Assembly (NCBI GenBank): GCA_964035545.1 | Contig: OZ037765.1 | Span: 31,991,504-32,055,503, forward strand | DNA from: Bugula neritina | Taxonomy: Eukaryota > Animalia > Bryozoa | Direction of reading: 5' to 3' | DNA length: 64,000 nt | Part shown: one piece after another, positions 1 to 13,451 of the stretch | How positions within the stretch are numbered: position 1 is the first letter of the stretch | Layout: each line of letters opens with the position of its first letter | Notes under the pieces: model-generated | Seen by the model: the letters and a program-made list of their open reading frames with translations, nothing else | Told to the model about the DNA's origin: nothing | The model's database searches: none | Position numbers and translations under genes: made by a program

Positions 1-302
1 TACGCACGTTAGTGTGTGTGTACAAACTATGTTACTGCAGAATTCTAGTTACCAGTCATCAGGTAGTCCTCAAGCCTTTTCTGGTAAAATCTAGCTAAAT
101 ACTACATGTTTAAAGGTTTAATTGACTTAGATTTTATTTAAAATGAATTATCTATAAACTTGTTTGGTAGCATAAACTAATTACTAATTAATATCAGTAA
201 TATTTACTTGCATAGATACAGTGGAAGGTTCAAAGTCAGGAAGACTTGGTGTGTTATACTGATCCCGGATATATTTCTATAGAATATTTAATTCTAAACC
301 TG

Positions 303-1055
303 CACAGGATAGTTAAGGGCATCCTCACTAAGAATATCATAAATTTCTCTCAAAATGTAGTTCAGGTTCTTGAATAATTTTGCTCTGCGGGTGGCATGCG
401 TCTTGCCTACTTGCATTTGCTTAGCCTAAGATTAAACTACAACCAATAAGCAGCAACCTTCATTAGGGCTGTGTTATCTATCAACATTCCATTATGGGTG
501 CTACATAAACATAGTACAAAGCGAGCTTTCATTATAGTCTGCTAGCTAGCAAGCCTGTAATTAGTATGTACGCGCCAATATCTTCTCATCCCTACGTGCT
601 CATTGAAGCGTGAAGTGCTGCCGCTGCTAGTTTCTTATGAAAAAATATGGCATTTTCAGTGTATAAATCACCAATTTATGAGCAATCTAGCAGAGTTATT
701 GGAAAAAGAAAAAAATTGCACTGGAGAAATATCTCAGGATTCTAGCAGTGCAATTTCTATTCAGATATCGTCTTTTGCTGCTGAGATATTTTACTGGCAC
801 TGAAAAGTCAGCTTTTTTGGCAAAATTGGCCAAAATTGGGCAGTTTTTTGTCTATAACTTGGCAAAAAAAATGAAAATTGAAATTTCCAAAAAAGCTGCA
901 CTGGAGAAAAAGAAGATCTACAACATAGTTTTTAAATTTTGACTCTAGCACAATTAGGTGAGATTTTATTTTACTGGCACTGAATTCTTATATGATTACA
1001 ATGCAAACCTCAGCAAGGCAGTTGCAGCTGAAAGGTTGCCCTTAACTATCCTGTG
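303..1055. mobile_element. Non-autonomous DNA transposon, CACTA/CMC-like, 753 bp
   Basis: Perfect 19-bp TIR CACAGGATAGTTAAGGGCA (303-321) / TGCCCTTAACTATCCTGTG (1037-1055). TG on both sides (2-bp TSD). It interrupts the upstream module that is contiguous in paralogous units (~4960-4990, ~53400-53470). No coding capacity. Confidence 0.75.
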
Positions 1056-2450
1056 TGAATAAACATTGTGCTTGACTCATGATGAATATGCACACCACTA
1101 CGCCTACACCCACCCGGATTTGAAAGTTTTAGCAATAATATGCCAGCAAACTCATCACAACATATGTAGTATTGAAATCTTCTTGCTTACTACCGCAACA
1201 CTGCTTTGACGTTGTTTTGAATTATCAATAATAAAACTTATACATAATTTGAATATAAGAGAAACACATTAATTTTGAGAAAGATAAAACTGTCAAAAAT
1301 ACTCCTACGCATTGAAAGAAAAAATTTAGTAGGAGGGAACTATCCATATATATACATTGTGACATGAGCATCATGCGTAGCTCCTATATACCCGCAACAA
1401 AGCAATGATAATTATATTCCTTATAAACTGTAATATAACTAGTTATCAATAGCCTCTTTCATGTGCATTTCATAGTTTATTCACATCTTTTGTTTTGCTT
1501 GACGATGGGGCACCAGATCAAAAGAAGCTATGAATATATGAGTAGCTTTAGTGATAAGAAAAGCTGAAAAATTTCTTCTTCACATTTTGCTAACATAATT
1601 AGTTGTTATTAACAACAGGCAGGCTATTTTCTATGATTAAAAAATTTTACAAAAATTAGGAGAGCATGTATTTTGTTAACTTGTTTTACTTTAAGTTTAC
1701 TCGATGCAGTAAATTCATGAATTTATGAGAAATGTGGTTAAACTATAATATTTTTTTTTTCTATACATCCAGTTGTCCAGGTATAGGTTTAAAAATTTGT
1801 GGTGAAAAACTAAAAATAAATTTTCTATTTGAATTTGGATTAGTGTAACAAATAATCATATTTAGTTAGTGGTCAACAATGGCTAGTATTTAACATGTTG
1901 TTCAACATCAAGTTATAGAAACTAATGGCTGCATTATACAAGACAATTTTTAGGATTATTTAAGTAGACTATTATAAATGAGATTTACAGATAACTGCCT
2001 TGTATAGTATGTAGTGAATCTATTTGTTTTATTGAGACACAAGGTAGCATTAAAATATAGGCTAATTCATTAAATATTATATTTGACTTTAATGTTATTT
2101 TATTATTTTTTTATTAAATTTCTCTTTATCTTACAAAACAAACACTAATGTTTTGTAAACAATTGAAGCAGATAAAGCTGTGATTAAAAAGTTAACAAAC
2201 ACATATATTTGTAGAGAAAAAATTCCTACGCATCAGTTGGTTAGAAACTCTTGTAAAATGATTTGTGCAATCGCTATGTAGGCTATTTTATCATTTGATT
2301 AGTCACAAGCGACTGAGGCAATACACAGACCGCATATAACAATACCTTCATATTATAACGTCTTTCTATTAAATACGATGCATGGGGTGGCGGGCCTAGA
2401 CGTTTCCCTTATAACGTTTTGGTATAATTAAAAACTCAGTTGGTGAGTAG

Positions 2451-2548
2451 GAGAATTGATGGACTAGACTGTAAATAATTATTCTAATAATACTGGTTAA
2501 CTTTAACCAATAGGATGGTTAGATACATGTCTTTGACGCAGGTCAAAC
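2451..2548 (+). promoter_or_regulatory. Conserved upstream core of the zinc-finger genes (copy 1 of 12)
   Basis: GAGAATTGATGGACTAGACTGTAAATAATTATTCTAATAATACTGGTTAACTTTAACCAATAGGATGGTTAGATACATGTCTTTGACGCAGGTCAAAC recurs 12 times. It contains TGTAAATA, CCAAT and the TTTGAC-N4-GTCAAA inverted repeat, with a GC box (GGGGTGGCGGGCC) upstream and TATATAA at 2633-2639. Regulatory function is inferred from position and conservation. Confidence 0.6.
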
Positions 2549-2854
2549 TAATTTGCGGCATTAATTTTTCATCTGTGCGCACCTGCAATGTATAAATATA
2601 TATAAAACCGTTGAAGTGCAAAAAAAACTAGTTATATAAGCTGAACCTAAAAATAAAAGCTAGCATTTGATTGGGTAAATTTGACCAAAGGCATTTGAGG
2701 TAAGAAAAGTACTTCAACATAGCAGGAACTGCTTTTACTAGGTATTGAAAAGCAAAATCACTCATGCGAACATGAATTATTCTGAACTTTTCCATACTAA
2801 CCAGGGATTACTGCTGGCGTAGACATTCCAATGTATGGATAGCAAAGTGAGTAG

Positions 2855-3775
2855 ATGTGGAAACTATACAAGCTAAAAGACATGATGATGAGTACAAGTT
2901 TGTCTGAAGAAAACAAGGTTGGTGCAGAAGACATGTGTGAGAACATAGCAGACAACCAACAGCCAAACAGTACCCCAGCTGGGAAGAAGTTTGTATGTGA
3001 AATATGTGATGCTAGTTTCACTATGATAGGAAACTTGAATCGCCATAAGAAAGGTCATTCAAATCATCGTCCTTACACCTGCAAATTCTGCCTGAGGGGC
3101 TTCCTCCGAAAAACCAGTTACAATGAGCACATCAGACTGCATACTGGTGAGAAACCGTATCAGTGTGAAAGTTGTCTTCAGACATTTGTTAGAAAAAAAT
3201 GTCATAAGATACATATTAAAAAATGCAAAGAAAATAGTTCGTCAAAACTCAGGAACCCAACTTCTCAAGAGAATCTGATGAATTCTTCTGGAGGCCTGAC
3301 TTCTTCACCTTCACCTTTAGCTGAAGATCAACCATTAGATTTATCAGTCAGGCAATTTCAGTTTGACAATAACACGAACAGTCAAGTTGGACATGCCCAA
3401 ATGAAGAAGCTCATAAAAACGGGATTGCAGTTTTATTTACCTTTCAAGATAGCATATGGAGAATACTTGAAGATGTTACCAATAGACAATTCACCAACTT
3501 TAATTTCTAATAATAATGAATCACAAAGCTACTCTTCACTACATCAAAGTGATTCTAGGCTGACAGCTGCCCATCCAATTGAGCCTGTGGCATTACATCA
3601 ACTCCAAGACTCCGGCATCAACCAGCTATGGCCATGTAGATATTGCCAAGTTTATTTTACAGACTCAGTTCAACTTAGAGAGCACATGTTATGTCATGAT
3701 ACAGTAAATCCTTCCACCTATACTGTATGTAGGAAAGTTTGTAAAAGTCCTACTGAATTTCTAAAATATCTCTAG
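2855..3775 (+). CDS. Intronless Ikaros-like C2H2 zinc-finger protein, copy 1 (last finger degenerate)
   Basis: 306-aa ORF. Three N-terminal fingers (ASFTMIGNLNRH; TGEKPY linker; third ends H-x3-C), PLDLS, and C-terminal CRYCQVYFTDSVQLREHMLCH. The last finger has C>Y and H>Y changes. Confidence 0.85.
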   Translation: MWKLYKLKDMMMSTSLSEENKVGAEDMCENIADNQQPNSTPAGKKFVCEICDASFTMIGNLNRHKKGHSNHRPYTCKFCLRGFLRKTSYNEHIRLHTGEKPYQCESCLQTFVRKKCHKIHIKKCKENSSSKLRNPTSQENLMNSSGGLTSSPSPLAEDQPLDLSVRQFQFDNNTNSQVGHAQMKKLIKTGLQFYLPFKIAYGEYLKMLPIDNSPTLISNNNESQSYSSLHQSDSRLTAAHPIEPVALHQLQDSGINQLWPCRYCQVYFTDSVQLREHMLCHDTVNPSTYTVCRKVCKSPTEFLKYL

Positions 3776-4378
3776 CTTTAGAATAGTTGCTCAATATCAA
3801 ACAGTTTCAAGTATAATATTCCTAATGTTTTATTTTATTTTTAATGTTTTATTTCATTAAATACATGCACATATGTCCAAATATCCCAACTAACCCGTCT
3901 TTTCATTTTAACTGGAGTTGATATAAGTATCGCACAAGCGTAATAAATTACTAACATATCACTATTATATTACTAATACTACAATGCGTCTTCTACACTA
4001 ATTTCAGTCAATCAAGTTGGTTAGATTTACATAAAATACTAAAGCATAAATTAGCTGCATTGTTTTTTCAAACATCATTATAAATCTATATATATATTTC
4101 GGTGTTTCGATTTTATTACTTTTCTAACAATAGAGTTGTAAGCATAGCTTAGCATAGTTTAGCTAAGTAAGTGCCGTTTATAACATAAACATTGAATGGG
4201 GGCTTTGTTTACATTCCTTTCACCATAAGCTTATAACAGCCTAATAGAGCTTTTACTTTAGTCTTTATTCGACTATCTCAAGTATAAGCTAAAACTGTTT
4301 TTTTATCATTTCTCTGCTTTTTATTGGATAAATTCAGACTTTTGAACTGAGCAACATTTCTGTTGGGTCTACACTTTT

Positions 4379-4618
<240 letters not shown>

Positions 4619-6956
4619 GTAGAATACTATAGTCATCATACAGTGCTCAAGCCTCTTTTGGGAACATACTGAATACTAAATACTATAAATTTATAGGTTA
4701 AAGTTAACAAAGATTTTATTTAAAATTCAACACCTACAAATTTGTTTCGTAGTGTGAAAAGGGCTTTTCGCCACTCCTCAGGCTGATATATATATAACAT
4801 ATACTACAGTAACATAAGCAATGAAAATATACACCACTTGTAGCTTTAGTTTACTGAGCTAAGTTTTAAAACTTGAAACTATTATTAGTATTTGTACATC
4901 TTACAAGCCCACAGATACAGTTAGAGTGAGACAAGGACTTGGTGTGTTACACTGATCCCGGACATATCTCTTTGCAACCCGTAGTTGACTCATGATAAAT
5001 ATACACACACTACGCCTACACCCACTCGGATTCAAAAGTTTTTATTGTAATGTGCCAGCAAACTCATCTTCACACAGTATATTTGAGATCTTTCTATTCA
5101 CTAACAGAAATTCCTTCTTTGACATTGCTTTGAATTATAAATAACAAATCTTCTGCATTATTCGATTTAATAAGGAGAACTCATCAGTTATTATTAAATT
5201 AATATAAAACTGTCAAAACACCTCCCACGCATTGGAGAGGAAAAAGTTAATTGAAGGAAATATTCACCAACGGCGTGGGGGGACAGTCAATGATAATTAT
5301 TTTCCTTTTATACAGTAATAGTGAATATAACCTCAATTATATGCATTTTTACCATAGTTTATTCACATCTTTTGTTCTGCTTGGCGTTAGGGTACCAGAT
5401 CAAAAAAGCTATGAATAAATAAGTAGTCTTAGTGATAAGAAAGGCTAGAATATTTATTCTTCATGTTTTGTTCAAATATTTAGTTGCCATTGGAAACAAG
5501 CAGACTATTTTGTGTGTCTGTGAAATTTTACTAAAATTAGGAAAGCAGACTTCAAGTACACTCGATGTAGTAGATATATGATTATATGAGAAATATGGTT
5601 AAACTAATACATATTTATTTCTATATACCCATGGTTGTCCAGGTATATAAGGGTTAAAAAATTGTGGTAAAAAACTAAAAATAAATTTTCTAAATGAAAC
5701 AATGGCCACTAAGTCTCTAACACGGCGAAAAGGAAGCACTGTAGTCAGAAATTCATCCCGGCTTTTTGCATAGTATGCGTCTACTAGAATAATTTAAATA
5801 TGTTATGCTGTGCAATTATTTTGTATTTTCAATACCAAGGTGTGTTATAATGATTTAGCAAACTTATAGCAAGTTGGAACAAGTACGTAATAAATAATTA
5901 TATTTAGTTTGTGGTAAATAATGGTTAATACTTGATATGTTGCTCAACATGAAGTAGAAACTATAGCAGCTGCAATATACAAGACAAGGTTTAGTATTAC
6001 TTAAGTGAACAACTATAAACCAGATGTATAGATAACTGTCTTTTATAGCATATATAGTGAATTTATTTGTTTTATTGAGACACAAGGAAGCATTAAAATA
6101 TATTCAAAACCAAAGTTTTAATTAAATATATTTGATTTTAATGTTATTTTATAATTGTTTTATTAAATTTCTAGCTATCACACAAAACAAACCCTAATGT
6201 TTTGTAAATAATAAATATAGATGAAACTGGGAAGTGTTAAAAAAGTTAACAAACATATATATTTTTAGGGAAGAAAACTTCCACATTAGTTGGTTAGAAT
6301 CCTCAATATTCAGAAACTTTTGTAAAATTATTTTCAAAGCTTTTTTAATTAGTGGCATGCGACTGAAGTAATACACAGACCGCATATAATAATGTACCTC
6401 CATATTATAACACAATACGGTACCATTAAATACGACGCGTGGGGTGGCGGGCCTAGATGTATCCCTTATAACAGTTTGATAATTAAAATCTTCCGTTAAT
6501 GAGATGGAGAATTGATGGACTAGACTGTAAATAATTATTCTAATACTACATTATCCAATAAAATGGCTAGATACATGCCTTTGACGCAGGTCAAACCGAT
6601 TTGCATCAGCTTTAATTTTTTATCTTTGCGCACCTGCAATATATAAACATATATATAAAACCATGGAAGTACAAAAAACTAGTTATATAAGCTGAATCGA
6701 AAAAAAGAAGCTAGCATGTGATTGGGTAAATTTGACCAAAGACATTTGAGGTAAGAAAAGTACTTTAACATAGCAGGAACTGCTTTTTGTTAGGTATTAA
6801 GTAGAGCAAAATCACTCATGCGAGAACATGAATTATTCTAAACTTTTCCATACTAACAAGAGATTACTGCTGGTGTCGACATTCCAATGTATGGATAGCA
6901 AAGTGAGTGGAGGTGGAAACTGTACTTACACAATGATTGCCAAACTAGATTAAGAT

Positions 6957-7823
6957 ATGATGATGAGTACAAGTTTGTCTGAAGAGAACAAGGTTGGTGC
7001 AGAAGACATGTGTGAGAATATAGCAGACAACCAACAGCCATGTGCAAAGAGTATCACAGCTGGGAAGAAGTTTGTATGTGAAATATGTAATGCTAGTTTC
7101 ACTATGATAGGAAACTTGAATCGCCATAAGAAAGGTCATTCAAATCATCGTCCTTACACCTGCAAATTCTGCCTGAGGGGCTTCCTCCGAAGAACCAGTT
7201 ACAATGAGCACATCCGACTGCATACTGGTGAGAAACCGTATCAGTGTGAAACTTGTCTTCAGACATTTGTTAGGAAAAAGTGTCATCAGATGCACGTTAG
7301 GAAATGCAAAGAAAACAATTTGTCAAAATTCAGCAACCCAACTTCTCAAGAGAACCTGATGAATTCTTTTAGAGGTCTCATTGTTTCACCTTCTGCCTCA
7401 ATGACTAGACCAGTTTTAGCTGAAGATCAACCATTAGATTTATCAGTCAGGCAAGTTCAGTTTGACAATAACACCAACAGTCAAGTTGGACAAGCCCATA
7501 TTAAGAAGTTCATAAAAGAAGGTTCCCAGTTTAATTTACCTATCACGACAGCATATGGAGAGCACTTAAAAATGTTACCAATATACGGCAAATCAACTTT
7601 GTCTTCTGTGAAAAATGAATCACAAAGCTACTCTTCAATACATCAAAGTGATTCTAGGCTAACAGCTGCCCATCCAATTGAGCCTGTGGCCCTACTTCAA
7701 CTCTATGACTCCGGCATCAACCAGCTATGGCCATGTAGATATTGCCAAGGTTATTTTACTGACTCACTTCAACTTAGAGAACACATGTTATGTCATGATA
7801 CATGCAGTAACTCGATCCTTTGA
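6957..7823 (+). CDS. Ikaros-like zinc-finger protein, copy 2 (3' frameshift removes the last finger)
   Basis: 288-aa ORF homologous to copy 1. Two 4-bp insertions (CATG, CTCG) near 7801-7814 shift the frame; the ancestral end continues out of frame to ~7882. Confidence 0.8.
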   Translation: MMMSTSLSEENKVGAEDMCENIADNQQPCAKSITAGKKFVCEICNASFTMIGNLNRHKKGHSNHRPYTCKFCLRGFLRRTSYNEHIRLHTGEKPYQCETCLQTFVRKKCHQMHVRKCKENNLSKFSNPTSQENLMNSFRGLIVSPSASMTRPVLAEDQPLDLSVRQVQFDNNTNSQVGQAHIKKFIKEGSQFNLPITTAYGEHLKMLPIYGKSTLSSVKNESQSYSSIHQSDSRLTAAHPIEPVALLQLYDSGINQLWPCRYCQGYFTDSLQLREHMLCHDTCSNSIL

Positions 7824-9871
7824 CCTGCACTTTATGTAGAAAAGTGTGTAAAATTTCTACTGAATTCCTAAAAGATCCCTAGCTTTAGAATAGTTGCTCA
7901 AGATCAAACATTTTCAGGTATAATATTCCTAGTGCTTCATTTTATTTTTAATGTATATTTTATAAAATACATGCACATATGTCTAAATATCCCAACTAAC
8001 CCGCCTTTTCTTCTCAACTGAAGTTTATATAAATATCGCACAAGCCTAATATATTACTAACATATCACTATTATATTACTACTACTACAATATGTCATCT
8101 ACACTAATTTCAGTCAGTCATGTTGGTTTGATTTGCATAAATTAATGAAGCATAAATCAACTGAATCACTTTTTTTCAGATATAGTTATAATATTTATAA
8201 ATATTTTAAGTGTTTTGATTTTATTAATTTTATAACAAAAAAGTTGTAAGCATAGTTTAGCTGAGTAAGTGTTGTTTATAAAACAAACATTGAATGAGAG
8301 CAGTTGGGGTTTTTTTTTACACTCCTTTCACCATAAGCTTAGAGTAGCCTAATAGAGTTTCTAATTTAGTCTTTATTCGACTATCTACAGTCTAAACTAA
8401 AACTGCTTTTTTTATCATGACGTGTACTTTATTATAAGTTGAATTTAAACTTTTGAACTGAGCAACATGTCTCTTGGGTCTTTACTTTCATTCCTATTCA
8501 TTGGCATGACACATGTTCATTCCAAAAGTGCACATATTATATTTGAATCATCGGGAAAATTAATTTTTTTTGACGTAGCCTAATATAGATTTTATACTTA
8601 CTAGATTAGGAATTTTTTATAATTGATGGCTATCATCTTGGACTTTTCGAGAAGCTCAAGGGTGACAGGTCCACACTTATCTGAAAGTATTTACTTAAAC
8701 TCTCAAGCAAGATAGGTAATCAGGAAAGAAAAAGGCGTCGTCCGGGATTTTGAGCCTTGCCCTAAGTTCTGCCAGACTATAATAACATAGTACTTGTTAG
8801 TTCCTGTGCCAAGTCTAGTATATTATGTGGTATTTCCTGATGTCAATCACATTTGGCGAATGTGTGATTGAGTGACCGTTATGATTACCATGGCTATGAA
8901 TATTTGTATGTTGCAGTACTGTATAAGTATCATATTAAAATATTATACATTGTGCATTATCAATTATCATATAATCGTCATAATGTAATGTTATGTTGTA
9001 ATCAACAAGAAGCTTCATTAAAAGCTATACTTTCATTGTGGCCTATAAATGATTTGAATTTCAATTTCTTCTGCTTTTATACACTCCCTCATCACTGAAA
9101 ACAAATAATTATATATTTTGTTGAGAAAAATATGCCATTGACAACTACTTATGATTTTAGATAAAGATTATGACAATAACCGTAGCTCCTTCGTATTAAC
9201 TCCCCCCCCCCCTCAAATGCGTGAGGAGTGATGAGTTATCTGGCAATAAATTGTAATTATCATTTATTATAATAAAAACTTTTAGATCCGGGTGTGTGTA
9301 GGCGTAGTGGTATGTATATTTATTCTGAGTCAACACACAGGTTTTAAAAAAGTATATCCTGGATCATGCAGTGCAACACACCAAGTCCTTGTAGCTCTAG
9401 CTGTATCTGTTGGCCTGTAAGATGCACAAATATTGATAAAAGTTTCAAATTTTAAAATATAGTTTAGTAAAATGCAGCTATATTGTGTAGTTTCATTATT
9501 TTATAAGTTAGACCTATAAACCCTATACAAAGGTTATCTTGCATGTAGCTATATGTGATAAGTAAAAAATTTGTTTCAACTTGTCATGAAATCTTTTCTG
9601 TACTTAAATTTTACTGAAACATATACATGTCTGAGTCTAGCCAGGCATTGCATCAGATCAAGATCACATGTATTTAATTTACAGGTAAGAGATGAAAACT
9701 TCCATCATATGAAACTATGCATCTAGAAATTCATATCTATCTGCATGTAGTTCTAAAGCTCAGACTAGACTTCTTGACAATAAGTGTAGCAGATCAAAAC
9801 TTTTATCATTAAGTCAGAAATTACTTAAGCCAAGTTGTATAGTGAAATTTTTACTAGTTTGCTTATAGCTA

Positions 9872-11652
9872 CAGTGCTGTGAAAAAGTTTAAGGACGCCT
9901 CACTGTTTTTCATAATAGTAATGTTCCAAGTTAATTTTAAGACATAACAAAAACATTTCCATAGGCATGATGCCTATCAAAATGATCCTTAAGATCTCCT
10001 CATCTCATTTATATAAATTATTAGTGTCTCTTTTTATATCTTCTCAAATTTTGGGTGAAACATTGAAATACTATCCGTATATGGGAATTATTCGAGGTTC
10101 TTACAATTTGTGTGCACTGTATGACATCAGAATATTTTACTTAAAATATAGAAAAATATTATATGGGGTTTGTTATACACCTTATAACATCATTGCAACA
10201 CACAGTGCACTCAATTTTAGTATCAATATTTTGTTGGCCAGCCTTTATTCCTAATCAGAAGTCGACAGTGACGAGGCATCGACTCGTACAGCTTCTCCAA
10301 CTCATTTTCAGTCACGACATGATGCCATGCATGAATTACAGACTCTGTGAGTGTCACCTTAGTTGCTGGCTTCTTTGAGAAGACTTTTTAGCCATTCTTA
10401 ATCATAATATTCTATAGGGTTCAAGTCAGGGCTTCGTGCTTGCCAGTTGAGCGTTGAGACCGTCTACTTTTTTTATCCACTCTTTAACACTCTTCGCCCA
10501 ATGACATGGTGCATTGTCATCTTGAAATATGTAAATTACATTTGGAAAAAAGGTTTTTATAATTGGAAGAAGTTTAGCATTGAGATTATTTATATATTTT
10601 TTGGTACTGACTACTAACATCATTCCAGAGCAAATACTGAGTCCACCTACACCTTTTGATGTTATACAACCCCAAAACATAACACTGATTATAGAGTGCC
10701 TAATTGTTCTAAGTATACATTGGCGGCTTTATTTCTCATACTGGTATCTTCTAACACAATCATTTTCAGGATGACTGTTCACATTAAATATGGATTCATC
10801 TGAAATAATTACTTTTTTTCTAATCATTCACTGTCTAACTACCATGCTGCCTGGGCCACCGTAAACGGTTTTTTTGCTGCTTCTCGGTTGGAAGAGGCTT
10901 CTTCTTGCTTTGCGGCCATGTAAGCTATGGCTCGGCAATCTTACCTTATCAGAAATGTCTAAGCTGGTGTTCTTGTTGATTCTGACCATTCCTTGCCAAC
11001 TCAGGACTTGTTTTATGGCAATCCTTTTTGCTGATCCCAATGAGAACCTTGTAATCTCTCGGTGTGCTTATTTTTAGTCGTCCACTTTCAGGTCCATATC
11101 TGCTACACTGCCAGTCTCCATAAACTTTTTGATAATTTGCTGTAAAGTTGTCTTTACTTTGCCAACCTTTTCAGATATTTTCCTAATTGAATATCCCTCC
11201 TTATGCAAGAAAATTATTACAAACCTTGCTTCTGAAGTAAGATTTGCAGCTCTCATTTTGTCTATGCGCAGCAGCCAAGTGGACACCATGTAAAAGCTCA
11301 CAACTAAATGACAGATTTCAAATTATAAAAGGAAGTCATACTTTATGATAGCATGATGCCATGCACAAAGTAAAATTTCACTATTTAGCTTTTTGTGGTA
11401 AAAAAAGCGATAAACTTTGGTTACATAAAAATACAGGAGTTGCGCTTCCCTAACTGCTTGTGTAGTTGGCCTGAAAATAGGTGGAAAACATCACAACAGT
11501 AAAAATTATTAGGTGGAAACTGTAGAACACATTCTAATGGTCATTTTAATATATAGAACTTGCAGGAAAATATTAAGAACACACAAGAAATGCCTATTAA
11601 ACAAGATACATGGAAATTTCTGCAAGCGTCCTTAAACTTTTTCACATCACTG
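9872..11652 (-). mobile_element. Tc1/mariner transposon with disrupted transposase
   Basis: 27-bp TIRs CAGTG(C/A)TGTGAAAAAGTTTAAGGACGC with TA on both sides. Minus-strand fragments encode an HTH (GYSIRKISEKVG), SDES, FQDDNAPCH and SPDLNPIE, broken by frameshifts and stops. The empty site GCTTATAGC-TA-TGTCAGC is at 22631-22632. Confidence 0.95.
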
Positions 11653-12725
11653 TATGTCAGCTATATATTGAGAACCTACAAAGAAAAGCTTTCTACATAG
11701 GACAGTCAGTGCTAGCTAAAAGACCGATCTGGTACTTGGCAATAGTTGGTGCTAGTGGACTAGTTGTAATTTTAAGAGAGCAAAAATAATTGTTTAGAAT
11801 GTTTTTTTTCTGACGTGGAATACAATTGTTTATTTAAGTTTATGCTGAAATTATGCAAGTTTTGAATTGCAATTGTAGTCTTGACACGTCAAGCGGTGTC
11901 AAATGGTGTCAAGCAGTGTCAACCAGTGTAATGTTAGAATAATAATACAATAAAGGACATCAGTGAAGGTTTTTTGCCCAAATCACAGCATATATAGCTC
12001 ATTACACAAGTACTTGCTATTCAGCTTTTATGTTTTATATGGTATCAACTTTGCTATAACAGGTGGTTAATATGACAGATTTATTTTTATGGCCATGCAA
12101 TCTTGCCAATAATTTCAATGTCTTCATGTAATAAAGAAGTTTAGTCAGTTGGTACTTTGCTGCATACTTAGAAGAATTGAGATCCCAACACATTGGTTTT
12201 ATACTGTGTTAAGATATCTTCAATACTGGAACCCTAAAAGAAAACATTACTATTACCCTCATCTTGAAACTGTTTTGCTTTAAGTGCGCGTGCACAACTT
12301 CATGGCATCTGTCGCAAACTTTGTATGTTGAAGAATGAAACACTATTGAGATTATTATACGTCTATAACAGCAATGACATTCCAGAACAAGACTGCACAA
12401 TATTAATAGAAAAAAGACTGCTCATTTATATATTAGAATGCATGCGGCATAAGACAACTTCAAGTAAGAGTAACCAGTAAAGTTGTAAAATAATATAAAT
12501 TGTTTAATGTATCTCAGTTCACTAACACCACATAACTTAATCTTAAAACATTATGCAGCATCCTAAACTGTATCACAGATTTTCTCACACTTTATACTAA
12601 ACACCAAAATTGATAATATTTTCACACTCATATGATATAAACTTTGATTTCATCAGTTCACTTGTTTATTTATTGTTTCTATTGCAAATTTCAAAAAAAT
12701 TTGCCTGATGTGTTCGTATTTGACA

Positions 12726-12859
12726 TGCACACGCACACACACACACACACATATACATATACACGCACACGCACACGCACACACACACACACACACGCAC
12801 ACACACGCACACACACGCACACACACGCACACACACGCACACACACACGCGCACACACA
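12726..12859. repeat. Compound (CA)n/(CACG) microsatellite
   Basis: Seen directly; paralogue at ~23705-23852. Confidence 0.9.
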
Positions 12860-13036
12860 GTGACTAAAAAGTTTTTTTAAAATCAACCACATACAAATTG
12901 TTTTTGTAGCATGAAAAGTTTTGCCACTCATCAGGGTAAATAGCTATAGTTGAAGAGCCATCTAATCTCAATAATGATGATAAACACAATGGAAATGTTA
13001 ATGTAGCACTGGTAGTCATAGTGATAATAACAGTTA

Positions 13037-13380
13037 GCCTAGGGCCACACTGTGCGTATTGTCGCATGCGAAAATTGAAACCACAAGTAGCAAAGGTGTC
13101 TACTGTAGTGTCAGTGACGCGTGATAAATAAAGCTTTCATTTTTAAATCGCACTCGCTTTCAATAAAACGCAATTTACTGGAATGTAGCACTAAAATAAA
13201 GAAATTGGGCTAACTGAATAACTACCAGCCAATTAGGTGGCGGCGACAGAGACGATTCGCACTTGCGTTGAGAATGCTAAGCGACAAGTGCGAATGTTTT
13301 CTCAACGCGTACAGTGGATACCTTTGCTACTTGCGATTTCAATTTTTGCATGCGAAAATACGCACAGTGTGGCCCTAGGC
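13037..13380. mobile_element. MITE family A (PIF/Harbinger-like), copy 1
   Basis: ~65-bp imperfect TIRs starting GCCTAGGGCCACACTGTGCGTATT, flanked by TTA/TAA. Further copies at 24031-24374 and 39127-39469 (inverted). Confidence 0.85.
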
Positions 13381-13451
13381 TAACTCGATCACACATTTGC
13401 TAAATGTGATTGGCTTTAGGAAGATCTATGAAAGTAAATCCTAGACTCTTA

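Noticed and set aside
2521-2532. p53 or DMRT binding site in AGATACATGTCT
   Set aside because: Only an imperfect single half-site, too weak to name a factor.
2855-3775. Hunchback orthologue or a specific IKZF gene symbol
   Set aside because: The N-terminal fingers resemble Ikaros F2-F4 rather than Hunchback, and orthology cannot be set without a phylogeny.
8868-9098. Recurrent short ORFs (8868, 21573, 31769; 12209, 23187; 15580, 26560) and antisense ORFs over the zinc-finger genes
   Set aside because: They recur only because the DNA is duplicated; starts are variable or non-ATG and there are no recognisable domains.
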